From: a virus
Reading direction: 5' to 3' (one strand)
Virus record (IMG/VR): IMGVR_UViG_3300037483_001334
Length of the DNA stretch: 64,000 nt
A model generated the notes under the pieces. The model saw nothing but the letters and a program-made list of their open reading frames with translations. It ran no database searches and was not told the DNA's origin. Made by a program: the position numbers and the translations under genes. Shown one piece after another: positions 45,410 through 53,555 of this stretch (its first letter is position 1; each line of letters starts with the position of its first letter).

Positions 45410-46117
45410 ATGGGTAAGCGCGTGTGGATCGAGCTGGCTCCGCTTGTTGCGTCTGGGCCCGTAGATCCGATGACCGGGATGGTATCGGTCGAGCCGTACA
45501 CGTGGACGGCGCGACTGTCGTGTGGCCACGGCAAGCCGCACGCCGTGTCCGTATTCGCATCGTCTGGCGATCCGATCTGGTGTGACGAGTGCGATGGCAC
45601 CTGCCTCGCTTGCGGCGCGCCAGCTACGACTTGTGTCGACAACACGATCGACTGGGGCGAAGCCTGCGAGACGTGTGCGGCCTTGCCCAAGAAGACCTGG
45701 CCAGCGCGAGTTGAGGCCCATCGCTTCAACATCATGTCGGACGAAGAGCACCTCGACGTGGCTGCGCACTTCGCCAAAGTCGGCATGAGCTACGAGCGCA
45801 AGGCCGCGGACCGAAAGGGCAAGTTCTGGGATGAGCCGCGGAAGTCGCCGCTGTGGTGGACGCATACGCGTGATGGAACAGCAGCAAGCGCGAAAGAGAT
45901 GTTTGCGAAGAGCGCGATGCACTTCATCGCGGCGTTCGTGAGTGAGCGTCCGGCGTACGCGCACGACACTCGTGCCATCGGAGCGTGTGTCGTCTGCCAG
46001 CGCATCGTGACAGGGTCCGTGCCGGCGGTGCTGGTCGACAACCGCAGGAGCGGGTATGGTGGGCGAGTCGCTCACCTCATGTGCTGGGAAGAGAAGGGTG
46101 CGAAATGGAAAGCGTGA
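45410..46117 (+). CDS. Cys-rich hypothetical protein
   Basis: ORF 235 aa. Confidence 0.4.
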   Translation: MGKRVWIELAPLVASGPVDPMTGMVSVEPYTWTARLSCGHGKPHAVSVFASSGDPIWCDECDGTCLACGAPATTCVDNTIDWGEACETCAALPKKTWPARVEAHRFNIMSDEEHLDVAAHFAKVGMSYERKAADRKGKFWDEPRKSPLWWTHTRDGTAASAKEMFAKSAMHFIAAFVSERPAYAHDTRAIGACVVCQRIVTGSVPAVLVDNRRSGYGGRVAHLMCWEEKGAKWKA

Positions 46118-46789
46118 TCGTAGAGATTCGAGCTGGCGAAGGTGGCGCAGACGCCAAGGACTTGGTCCGCGAGCAGTTCGGCGTGTACGCCCGGCTGATG
46201 GAGCGGAGGGGTCTTTGACTTCGCTCTCGTAGATGAGCGCAGCGGCTTCCTCTCGTTCCAAGCGAGCGGCAAGGGAGCGCGTGAGACGTTCTCGCGAGAG
46301 TCAGGAGGGCACCGATGGCAGCGCGTGCCGCCCTCTGAGAAGCGTGGCCGCGTTCAGACATCGACGGTGACCGTTGCGGTGCTGGAAGAGCCGAAGGCGG
46401 CTGCGGTTCAGATCGAAGAGCGCGACGTCGAGTGGTCGACGTGCCGTGGCTCTGGTGCCGGAGGTCAGCATCGGAACGTCACCAACAGCGCGGTGCAGAT
46501 GGTGCACCTCCCGACCGGGCTTCGAGTGCGCGTCGAGAACGAGCGCTCGCAGCATGCGAACCGTGAGATCGCCCTGAGGATCTTGCGCGCGCGCATCCAC
46601 GAGCAGCGCGAGACCGCGAGCACGGCGGCACGGTCAGACAGTCGCCGGCAGCAAGTCGGCAGCGGTGAGCGCGCGGACAAGGTGCGGACGATCCGCGCAC
46701 AGGACGGACAGGTAACCGATCACCGATCCGGACAGCAAATCCGATACAAGGACTACGTCCGAGGAAACTGGGACGGCTTGTTCAGATAA
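46105..46789 (+). CDS. truncated class-I peptide chain release factor (RF1-like domains 2-4 with GGQ; tripeptide-motif position reads PPS) requiring a +1 programmed frameshift at CUU UGA C (46213-46219)
   Basis: Frame 0 (46105-46218) gives MESVIVEIRAGEGGADAKDLVREQFGVYARLMERRGL*. The +1 frame from 46217 continues the homology (ESGGHRWQRVPPSEKRGRVQTSTVTVAVLEE...GSGAGGQHRN...GQVTDHR) to 46789. GGAGG lies 3 nt upstream of CTT, as in prfB. Confidence 0.7.
46205..46219 (+). promoter_or_regulatory. prfB-type +1 frameshift element: internal Shine–Dalgarno GGAGG, 3-nt spacer, CUU UGA C
   Basis: cggaGGAGGggtCTTTGAC. Confidence 0.65.
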
Positions 46790-46876
46790 CGCTTGCACAG
46801 CGTTTCGCAGCATGCGACAGTCTTTTCCCGGTCGGTCAGCCGTTCGCAAGGACGGCTGGCCACCGGGTGCGCCTCT

Positions 46877-46960
46877 GGAGGGTGAAGCTACACGGCGTAG
46901 CGCGGGCCTTGAAAACCCGGTCTGTGGTAACCCCACGGGGTTCGAATCCTCCGCCCTCCG
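46877..46960 (+). tRNA. tRNA-Ser(TGA), type II, G73
   Basis: loop CTTGAAA; long variable arm TGTGG-TAACC-CCACG; C·A at 31·39. Confidence 0.6.
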
Positions 46961-46979
46961 TCTTCGGTTCCTGTTCACT

Positions 46980-47053
46980 GTCCCATTCGTCTAGATGGCC
47001 AAGGACGCCGGCCTCTCACGTCGGCAACGGGAGTTCAAATCTCCCATGGGACG
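46980..47053 (+). tRNA. tRNA-Glu(CTC)
   Basis: acceptor GTCCCAT/ATGGGAC; loop CTCTCAC; T-arm GGGAG-TTCAAAT-CTCCC. Confidence 0.8.
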
Positions 47054-47077
47054 TTCTCTTCTCTGGGCTTGGTTCTT

Positions 47078-47191
47078 TGTGCTGCACACCGGGTAGGCTC
47101 TAGTAGGCCTGTGCCGGTCGGTAGTAGGCGGCGTGCTAGCGCTGTGTACTGTCTGGGTCATACGGTTCGATTCCCCGTGCAGCCACCTTTT
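47078..47191 (+). ncRNA. YrlA-like RNA candidate (Ro60-associated tRNA mimic): terminal 7-bp stem GCTGCAC/GTGCAGC enclosing a tRNA-like T-arm, then CCACCTTTTCC
   Basis: T-loop GGTTCGATTCC but no tRNA acceptor; repeated GTAGTAGGC motifs; immediately upstream of the Ro60 gene. Confidence 0.35.
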
Positions 47192-47234
47192 CCCTGACAG
47201 CTGGGTTGTCGGGTTGTTCGTCTGGGAGGTTCCG

Positions 47235-48941
47235 ATGTCTGACTATGCTGCGCATCTGGGCGATGCGAAGAAGAAGGCTGTTTCTGTCCGCGAGGACGCT
47301 CCGCAGTCGGCCAAGGCCGACGCGCGTCAGGTCAAGAACGCGGCCGGCGGCTTCGCGTTCGAGGTCGACGACTGGAAGCGTCTCGATCGGTTCCTCATCC
47401 TGGGAGCCGAGGGCGGCACGTTCCATGTGGGCGAGCAGAAGCTCGTGCGCGAGGGCGCGGGTGCACTGGAGCGCTGCCTGAAGGACGACGCGAGCGCGGC
47501 GATCGAGCACATCGCGGCGATCAGCGAGTCGGGCCGCGCGCCGAAGAACGATCCTGCGATCTTCGCACTCGCCGTCGCAGCGTCACACGCAGACCCGGTC
47601 GTGCGGCGCCTCGCACTGGCTGCGCTCCCGCGCGTCTGCCGGATCGGCACGCACATCTTCCAGTTCGCGGAGCAGGTCCAGCAGCTTCGCGGCTGGGGCG
47701 CTGGCCTCCGGCGTGCGGTCGGCGCGTGGTACACGAGCAAGGAGGGTGGCGACCTTGCCTACCAGCTGGTGAAGTACCAGCAGCGCGGCGGTGTGTCGCA
47801 TCGCGATCTGCTCCGACTGTCGCACCCGAAGTCGAAGGATCCGATCGTGCAGGCTATCCTGCGGTGGACCATCGCGGGCTCGTCGGGCCTCGGCGAGCGC
47901 AGCGTCAAGCGCAAGCAGCAGGAGGCGGGCGTCTCGTACGAGGCGGTCGCGGCTGGCGCGCTGCCGAAGGTCATCGAGGGCTTCGAGCGCGTGAAGCTCG
48001 CAACGACGCCCGAGGAGTGTGCCGCTCTCGTGCGCGAGTACAACCTCACGCACGAGATGGTGCCGTCTGAGCAGCAGAAGCACGCCGTCGTCTGGGACGC
48101 GCTCCTTCAGCGCATGCCGATGCACGCGATGGTGCGGAACCTGGGCCGGATGACGGCGAACGGCCTGCTCGTTCCGGGCTCGGACGCGGCGAAGCACGTC
48201 GTGAAGCAGCTGAAGAACGAGGCGGCGATCAAGAAGTCGCGAATGCACCCGCTCGCGGTACTGATGGCACTTCGCACATACGCGTCGGGCCATGGCGAGA
48301 AGGGCAAGCTGACCTGGACGGCCGTGAAGCCGATCATCGACGCACTCGATGACGCGTTCTATGCTGCGTTCGAGACCGTCGAGCCCACGGGCAAGAGCAT
48401 CATGCTCGCGCTCGACGTGTCGGGCTCGATGGCTGGCAGCCAGGTTGCCGGCACGTCGTTGACCGCGCGCGAGGCCGTTGCCTGCATGGCGATGGTCACG
48501 GCTCGTCGCGAGCCGGACTACGACCTCGTGGGCTTCACGGCGGGCGGCTCCGGCTATGGCGGCCGCTGGGGCGGCTCGGCGTCGGGTCTCTCTCCCGTCG
48601 CGATCACGGCGAAGACGGCGCTGTCGGACGCGTGCAAGATCATGGAGCGCATGTCCATGGGCGGCACCGACTGTGCGCTTCCCATGCTTCACGCGCTCGG
48701 CAAGAAGCAGAAGGTTGAGGCCTTTTGCGTCTACACCGACAACGAGACCTGGGCGGGCGCCGTGCACCCGTTCAAGGCGATCAAGCAGTATCGTGAGCAG
48801 ATGGGCATCCCCGCGAAGCTCGTCGTCGTCGGCACGGAAGCGTCGCCGTTCACCATTGCCGATCCGTCGGACGCCGGCATGCTTGATGTCGTCGGCTTCG
48901 ACTCCGGCGCCCCCGCAGTCATCGCGGACTTCATCCGCTGA
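47235..48941 (+). CDS. rsr: Ro60 (Ro sixty-related, Rsr) orthologue: TROVE domain + C-terminal vWA/MIDAS
   Basis: Long helical-repeat N-terminal region; DVSGSM MIDAS motif; RBS GGGAGG 6 nt upstream. Confidence 0.75.
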   Translation: MSDYAAHLGDAKKKAVSVREDAPQSAKADARQVKNAAGGFAFEVDDWKRLDRFLILGAEGGTFHVGEQKLVREGAGALERCLKDDASAAIEHIAAISESGRAPKNDPAIFALAVAASHADPVVRRLALAALPRVCRIGTHIFQFAEQVQQLRGWGAGLRRAVGAWYTSKEGGDLAYQLVKYQQRGGVSHRDLLRLSHPKSKDPIVQAILRWTIAGSSGLGERSVKRKQQEAGVSYEAVAAGALPKVIEGFERVKLATTPEECAALVREYNLTHEMVPSEQQKHAVVWDALLQRMPMHAMVRNLGRMTANGLLVPGSDAAKHVVKQLKNEAAIKKSRMHPLAVLMALRTYASGHGEKGKLTWTAVKPIIDALDDAFYAAFETVEPTGKSIMLALDVSGSMAGSQVAGTSLTAREAVACMAMVTARREPDYDLVGFTAGGSGYGGRWGGSASGLSPVAITAKTALSDACKIMERMSMGGTDCALPMLHALGKKQKVEAFCVYTDNETWAGAVHPFKAIKQYREQMGIPAKLVVVGTEASPFTIADPSDAGMLDVVGFDSGAPAVIADFIR

Positions 48942-48949
48942 GTTCACCC

Positions 48950-49020
48950 GGCTCGGGCCGAAGTTCGACGGTTATCGGTTAAATCACCGTCGGATACCAC
49001 CTTGCCCGAGCCATCTTTTC
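48950..49020 (+). ncRNA. Y-RNA-like RNA 1
   Basis: 5' GGCTCGGGC-CGAAG ... CCACC-TTG-CCCGAGCC 3' plus a U-tract; resembles the conserved Ro-binding helix (GGCUGGUCCGAAG / CUUGACUAGCC) with a bulged purine. Confidence 0.5.
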
Positions 49021-49022
49021 TG

Positions 49023-49120
49023 TTCCCGGCCGACGCAGCACGGTTATCAACAACCATACTGCTGAACTTCCTTCGGGGAGTTTTCCGTGATGCACTTCCT
49101 TGCCGGGAGCTTCTATTCTG
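49023..49120 (+). ncRNA. Y-RNA-like RNA 2
   Basis: 5' TTCCCGG-CCGACG ... CCTTG-CCGGGAG 3'; internal GGTTATCAACAACC motif. Confidence 0.4.
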
Positions 49121-49152
49121 CTACGCTGACATCTCCGAAAGGAACCCATTCA

Positions 49153-49245
49153 CGACCGAGCCGACGTCTACGGGTTATCATCCAACAACCGGGCCTAAAC
49201 CCGGCAACAATGCCCCGTTGGCAATACCTTGCTCGGTCTTTTCTC
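49153..49245 (+). ncRNA. Y-RNA-like RNA 3
   Basis: 5' CGACCGAG-CCGACG ... CCTTG-CTCGGTC-TTTTCT 3'. Confidence 0.45.
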
Positions 49246-49250
49246 TTTCT

Positions 49251-49340
49251 GTTTCTAGCCGAAGCCTGCGGTTATCGTTATTCAAAACAACACGGCCGAA
49301 AGGCCGTCTCCGCCGGCATCCCTTGCTAGAAACTTCGCCT
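49251..49340 (+). ncRNA. Y-RNA-like RNA 4
   Basis: 5' GTTTCTAG-CCGAAG ... CCTTG-CTAGAAAC 3'; GGTTATCGTTATTCAAAACAAC motif. Confidence 0.45.
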
Positions 49341-49407
49341 CGTTCGTCTATTGGTAGGACCCTGGCCTTTCGAACCGGGTAAGCGAGTTCGATTCTCGCA
49401 CGAGGCA
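49337..49407 (+). tRNA. tRNA-Glu(TTC)
   Basis: acceptor GCCTCGT/ACGAGGC; loop CTTTCGA; C·A at 31·39; T-arm GCGAG-TTCGATT-CTCGC. Confidence 0.7.
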
Positions 49408-49408
49408 T

Positions 49409-49759
49409 GTGACGATGAAGACTTCAGATCTCCCTCACGTCTGTCATGCGGCCAACGGACGTGGTCGCGTGAAGATGGGCGGGACGTGTTCGGTCCGGCT
49501 GGAAAGCGCCGTCAACTGCACCAGCGGCTGGTCACCGTGCCTCGCGGACTTGGTGTTGCTCGCGGCGAGGCTGGGGCTCCCGTTGTCGAAGCTGGGCATC
49601 GCGCAGGAGTCGGCGGGCGACTGGGCGGAAGACGGCTACAATCTGGAGCTTCAGTGGGCCACCAAAGACTGCAAGCACTGCAAGGCCTTGAATCGTAAGC
49701 AGCTCAAGCAGCTGGCCGAGAAGGCGCTGTTGAAGCAACAACCGTTCTCCGCGGTGTGA
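49409..49759 (+). CDS. small Cys-containing protein (GTG 49409 or ATG 49415)
   Basis: ORF 116 aa. Confidence 0.35.
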   Translation: MTMKTSDLPHVCHAANGRGRVKMGGTCSVRLESAVNCTSGWSPCLADLVLLAARLGLPLSKLGIAQESAGDWAEDGYNLELQWATKDCKHCKALNRKQLKQLAEKALLKQQPFSAV

Positions 49760-49762
49760 TGC

Positions 49763-49833
49763 TCGGGGCTAGTTCAACGGCAGAACGGTGGTCTTTGGAC
49801 CCACGAATGCAGGTTCGATTCCTGCGCCCCGAA
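49763..49833 (+). tRNA. tRNA-Gln(TTG)
   Basis: U1-A72; D-arm GTTC-AACGGCA-GAAC; loop CTTTGGA; U·C at 31·39. Confidence 0.7.
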
Positions 49834-49837
49834 TGGA

Positions 49838-50074
49838 ATGCGTAGCGCAACCATTACGCTGAAGTCGGGCGAGGTGCTCTGCGCGCCGATCTGGGAGTGG
49901 CGTCCGGAAGCCGGCTGGCTGTCTCTCGTCGGAGACGTCTTGTCCATCGTGCGGCTCATCGACATCGACGAGGCACACGTGATGCAGCAGCAGCATATCT
50001 ACCAGCCGCTGGCTGGCGTAAGGGTCGATCTGCTGGAGCGCGCACGACGTGAAGGCTGGGACGGTATGTCGTAA
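49838..50074 (+). CDS. small hypothetical protein
   Basis: ORF 78 aa. Confidence 0.35.
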   Translation: MRSATITLKSGEVLCAPIWEWRPEAGWLSLVGDVLSIVRLIDIDEAHVMQQQHIYQPLAGVRVDLLERARREGWDGMS

Positions 50075-50115
50075 GCCGCTTGACGTGCTGTCGGACAGCG
50101 GGTAGCGTCCCAGAC

Positions 50116-50448
50116 ATGACGACGTTCATCGTTCGCGCGAGGCCGAGCGCCTGGGGTGCTAAGGTTGATGCTCACGATGGGTACGCCTACGGCGGCGGAC
50201 GTGACGGTACGACCGGGCGTGGTTCCGCCGAGCAGTACGCCTCGTTCGCGGAGGCAACGAAGGCCGGCGTGAAGTTGTTGTCGCGTCTCAAGGCAGACGG
50301 TCGCCTCGTTCCGTACGCTGAGGTCGTGGAAGTACTCGACCGCGTCGTGGGTCAGGTAGATCTGGAAGAGCGCATCACGGACGCGCGTGCGCCCGATGCA
50401 GAAGATCGCGGGCCGGCCCGGAAGACTCGTGCACGAAAGCCGCGCTGA
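50116..50448 (+). CDS. hypothetical protein, tandem paralogue A
   Basis: MTTFIVRARPS...; similar to the next gene. Confidence 0.35.
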   Translation: MTTFIVRARPSAWGAKVDAHDGYAYGGGRDGTTGRGSAEQYASFAEATKAGVKLLSRLKADGRLVPYAEVVEVLDRVVGQVDLEERITDARAPDAEDRGPARKTRARKPR

Positions 50449-50459
50449 TGGGAGGTGCC

Positions 50460-50774
50460 ATGACCGGGAAGACGTTCGTTGTGCGCATGAGACTGCCTGC
50501 CGATGAGCAGTCTGACGACGATGAAGTCCAGTACGGATACTGGAATGGCCCTGGCGAGTATGGGGCGGACCGCGGCCGCGCGAAGATCTTCTACAACCTC
50601 GACGATGCGCGTGAGGTGGCACCGCAGCTGATTGCGCTCGACATGCGTCTGAACGGCGTCGAGAGCCTGTCGCGGACGGCCGAGGTCGTGGAGGTCTTTG
50701 AACGCGTGGTCGCCACCGTCGGCCTCTCGATGAACGAGAAGACTCCGGCGCCGGATGCAGACGATCATGGCTAA
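50460..50774 (+). CDS. hypothetical protein, tandem paralogue B
   Basis: MTGKTFVVRMRL...AEVVEVFERVVATVGL parallels AEVVEVLDRVVGQVDL. Confidence 0.35.
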   Translation: MTGKTFVVRMRLPADEQSDDDEVQYGYWNGPGEYGADRGRAKIFYNLDDAREVAPQLIALDMRLNGVESLSRTAEVVEVFERVVATVGLSMNEKTPAPDADDHG

Positions 50775-51153
50775 GCGCACGCCGGACTACGGCTCGGTCC
50801 TGGAACGCATCGAGCGCGCGCTTGGGCGTGTGGCCCTCGCCCTCGAACAGAGGGCCTCGCCGTTCAAGTGGTACGAAGCCAGCTGGTATGATCAGACCTA
50901 TCGACGCCGCGTACGTCAAGCGGTTGAGGCGGAGACCGCAGCGGAAGCGCGCCAGTGGATCGTCAACGGCGGCGATGGCGGCGGCCGTCTTCTGGAACAG
51001 TTTCGTCTCGCTCCGATGCGAGACGAGCAGTGCAGGTTTTGCTGCGATGCGAACTGGCATGAAGACGGAGTGTGCTGTCGTCGGTGCGGCCTGAGTGACA
51101 AGGATGGCACGGAGCGCGCACGTAAGGGCGAGTACTACGAGTACCGCCGATGA
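50767..51153 (+). CDS. Cys-rich hypothetical protein
   Basis: ORF; CRFCCD...CCRRCG. Confidence 0.3.
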   Translation: MAKRTPDYGSVLERIERALGRVALALEQRASPFKWYEASWYDQTYRRRVRQAVEAETAAEARQWIVNGGDGGGRLLEQFRLAPMRDEQCRFCCDANWHEDGVCCRRCGLSDKDGTERARKGEYYEYRR

Positions 51154-51362
51154 AGATCGGAAAAAAGACCGGGGACGGTCGCTTCGGCGAGTACACGTTC
51201 GAGCGTGATGGCGACAAGAAGCTCGTTACGATCGTGGGCCCCGATGTTGGCGACTATCACGAGTACCGTGAGACGATCTCGCTGCCCGTGGAGACCCTCG
51301 TGAAGTATCTGGTGAGGACGGGCAAGGTCGTGAGAAAGACAGCGGAGAAGGGGAAACGATGA
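51150..51362 (+). CDS. small hypothetical protein
   Basis: ATGA overlap. Confidence 0.3.
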   Translation: MKIGKKTGDGRFGEYTFERDGDKKLVTIVGPDVGDYHEYRETISLPVETLVKYLVRTGKVVRKTAEKGKR

Positions 51363-52177
51363 CGAAAAAGAAGGCGGCGGCTGGGCGCACTCACATCATG
51401 TTCGTGCTCGACAAGTCGCAGTCGATGCACAAGTTGCGGAACGAGGTCGTCGACGGCTTCAACAAGCTGATCGCTGAGCAGCGCGAGGAGAAGAGCCCTT
51501 GCTGGGTCAGCCTTGTGCAGTTCGACGATAGGTACGAGGAGACGTTCCTCGATGTGCCGCTGGAGGACGTGCCGCTGCTCACCGCGCTGATGTACGAACC
51601 TAGGGGCTACACTGCGCTCTTCGACGCGCTCGGCCGTGCGATCACATCGCTCGGGACCCGCATCGATCGGCTCGCGATCGGCGATCGACCGGAGAAGGTC
51701 ATCGTCATCGTGCACACCGACGGGGAAGAGAACTCCTCGAAGGAGCGTCGGCCGGCTGAGATCCGCGCGCTCGTGAAGGAGCAGCAGGAGGAGGGCGGCT
51801 GGCTCTTCGTGTTCTCGGGTGCGAACATCGACGCGTTCCAGGCAGGCGGGGACGTCGGCGTGGCCCGTGGTGCGACCGCCGGCTTCGTCGGCAGCAGCGT
51901 GGGTGTCCAAGCCCTGTACAGCTCGACGAGCGCCGCCGTGCTGCGCAGCCGGACGTCGGAGCCCGAGCACTACAAGCAGATGCGTACGGGCGGCATGGCG
52001 TTCTTCAATGAGAACGAGGTCAGCGCGATGGCTGCCGGCGACTCGTCGCTGCTCTCGGGGGCATCGAGCGGCGCGGTCCCACCGCTTCCGTCGGTCGTCG
52101 TCAGCGGTGGCAGCTTGCGCTCGCCGCTCGCCGCGAAGGGCGTGAGGCGCGCTAGTACGCCGGTCAAGAAGAGGTAA
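51359..52177 (+). CDS. von Willebrand factor A (vWA) domain protein
   Basis: MIDAS DKSQSM; HTDGEEN. Confidence 0.6.
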   Translation: MTKKKAAAGRTHIMFVLDKSQSMHKLRNEVVDGFNKLIAEQREEKSPCWVSLVQFDDRYEETFLDVPLEDVPLLTALMYEPRGYTALFDALGRAITSLGTRIDRLAIGDRPEKVIVIVHTDGEENSSKERRPAEIRALVKEQQEEGGWLFVFSGANIDAFQAGGDVGVARGATAGFVGSSVGVQALYSSTSAAVLRSRTSEPEHYKQMRTGGMAFFNENEVSAMAAGDSSLLSGASSGAVPPLPSVVVSGGSLRSPLAAKGVRRASTPVKKR

Positions 52178-52178
52178 C

Positions 52179-52451
52179 GTGTCGGACCGGCAGCTGATCG
52201 CCATCGGCTGGCGGATCACACTTGCCTTCGCGGTGGTGGGCGGCGGCGCGCTGGTGTTCGCCGTGCTCGCGGCGCTCGGCGGCATGGCCTGGTGGGGCGT
52301 GCTCGGGTACGTTGCCGCCAGCGCGGTCGCGCTGTACTCCGCTCACAGGATCATCCAGCTGAACGCGATCCTGCTTGAGAACGCGCTGTCGCTTGAGAGT
52401 CTTCGTTCTCGTGTCGGCAGGAACGCGCTCGACGGTGAAGAGGACGAGTAG
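52179..52451 (+). CDS. small 2-TM membrane protein
   Basis: ORF 90 aa. Confidence 0.35.
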   Translation: MSDRQLIAIGWRITLAFAVVGGGALVFAVLAALGGMAWWGVLGYVAASAVALYSAHRIIQLNAILLENALSLESLRSRVGRNALDGEEDE

Positions 52452-52468
52452 AGCTGCTAGGCTTCGGC

Positions 52469-52723
52469 ATGCTCGACCTTGACGGTGCCGTTGCCATTCT
52501 CGATGCTGCCGCTGTCTCGTGGACTGAGTCCCAGCGCATCGCGTGGCGGCTCGTGAGGTCGCACGCGCGGCGTGGGCGTCGCATCTCGTCTACGACGCTG
52601 CCGGCAATCGGCGCTGCCGCCCAGCACGCATCGCTTGCTCGTGAGCACGCATCGCTCGCGCTCGATGCGCTGGGCGGCGCGGTCAACAACAGGGATGGTG
52701 ACGAAGAGCCCGAAGAGCCCTAG
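52469..52723 (+). CDS. small hypothetical protein
   Basis: ORF 84 aa. Confidence 0.3.
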   Translation: MLDLDGAVAILDAAAVSWTESQRIAWRLVRSHARRGRRISSTTLPAIGAAAQHASLAREHASLALDALGGAVNNRDGDEEPEEP

Positions 52724-53535
52724 ATCTTGGAGTCGAGGTCGTCGGTCACCGCGAAGACGTCATCGCCCTCGTCTGGCGCGTCCGGCCGATCGTCGCCCGG
52801 CGCTCGTTCGTCGAGCATTTCGTCTTCTTGCTCGTCGTCGTCCGCCTGTTGCTGTCCGGAGGGGATCTCTCGCTGCTCGACCGTCGAAGCCGGTGTATAG
52901 CCACGTCCGTGTCTGAAGCGCTCGATGTCCGGCCAGGGCTTGGCATTCGGCATCGAGCTGCGTTTCGGTGCACTTCTTTGAGGCGTGGGAGGCTGGGGCT
53001 GCACGTATTCGCGCCGGAAGTTCCAGTGCGGGTCGTGGGGGTCGTGCATCGCGCGCGCCGTGTACGGATCTTCCCACCAGTGCATCGGCTCCTGAGCGTA
53101 GAGCCCCTCGTCCGGGACCGGCTGCGGATCGAGCTGATCGGCCGCACGCCGTAGGCTCTCGACGACCGCGCCGCGAAGGCCGTGTTGCCGCACGTCCCCA
53201 GCCGCTACGCGGCCCGTGGCGGTCACGGCGCGGGCGAGCCCACCAACGGCGCGCACGACCCCGAGAATGCTTCTGCCGACCGCCAGAGCATCCTGATCGT
53301 CCGGTCGAAGCAGATGTTCTGGACGTACCCCCTCCTCGACCTGATCGAAGACCTCGTCAACCTGGTCGACTTCGTCCTCGTTGAGGTAGTCACCGGCGCG
53401 CCCTAGAACGCCCAGCGGCTCAGAGAAGATGCCGCCGGCAAATCCGCCGCTGGCGAACGGCTGCGGACTTCCGCCTGGGTGAGGGCCAAGGTCGCGCACG
53501 CGACGCTTTTCGTTCCCAGAGTTCTTGCGGTACAT
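52720..53535 (-). CDS. hypothetical protein, acidic C-terminus
   Basis: minus ORF 271 aa; first gene of a leftward block. Confidence 0.4.
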   Translation of the reverse strand: MYRKNSGNEKRRVRDLGPHPGGSPQPFASGGFAGGIFSEPLGVLGRAGDYLNEDEVDQVDEVFDQVEEGVRPEHLLRPDDQDALAVGRSILGVVRAVGGLARAVTATGRVAAGDVRQHGLRGAVVESLRRAADQLDPQPVPDEGLYAQEPMHWWEDPYTARAMHDPHDPHWNFRREYVQPQPPTPQRSAPKRSSMPNAKPWPDIERFRHGRGYTPASTVEQREIPSGQQQADDDEQEDEMLDERAPGDDRPDAPDEGDDVFAVTDDLDSKI

Positions 53536-53555
53536 GCAGCGAAGACGCTACAGCC

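Noticed and set aside
46105-46789. Phage stop-codon recoding (TGA or TAG reassignment) as the reason for a phage release factor
   Set aside because: Confident genes terminate normally at TGA, TAG and TAA (for example hicA with TAA, LAGLIDADG with TGA and TAG). No suppressor tRNA with a CTA, TCA or TTA anticodon was found.
47583-48947. 454-aa minus-strand ORF
   Set aside because: Antisense to the Ro60 orthologue, which has clear domain signatures.
49999-51060. 353-aa minus-strand ORF
   Set aside because: Antisense to a run of short, translationally coupled plus-strand genes. It is Arg/Pro/Ser-rich and low-complexity.
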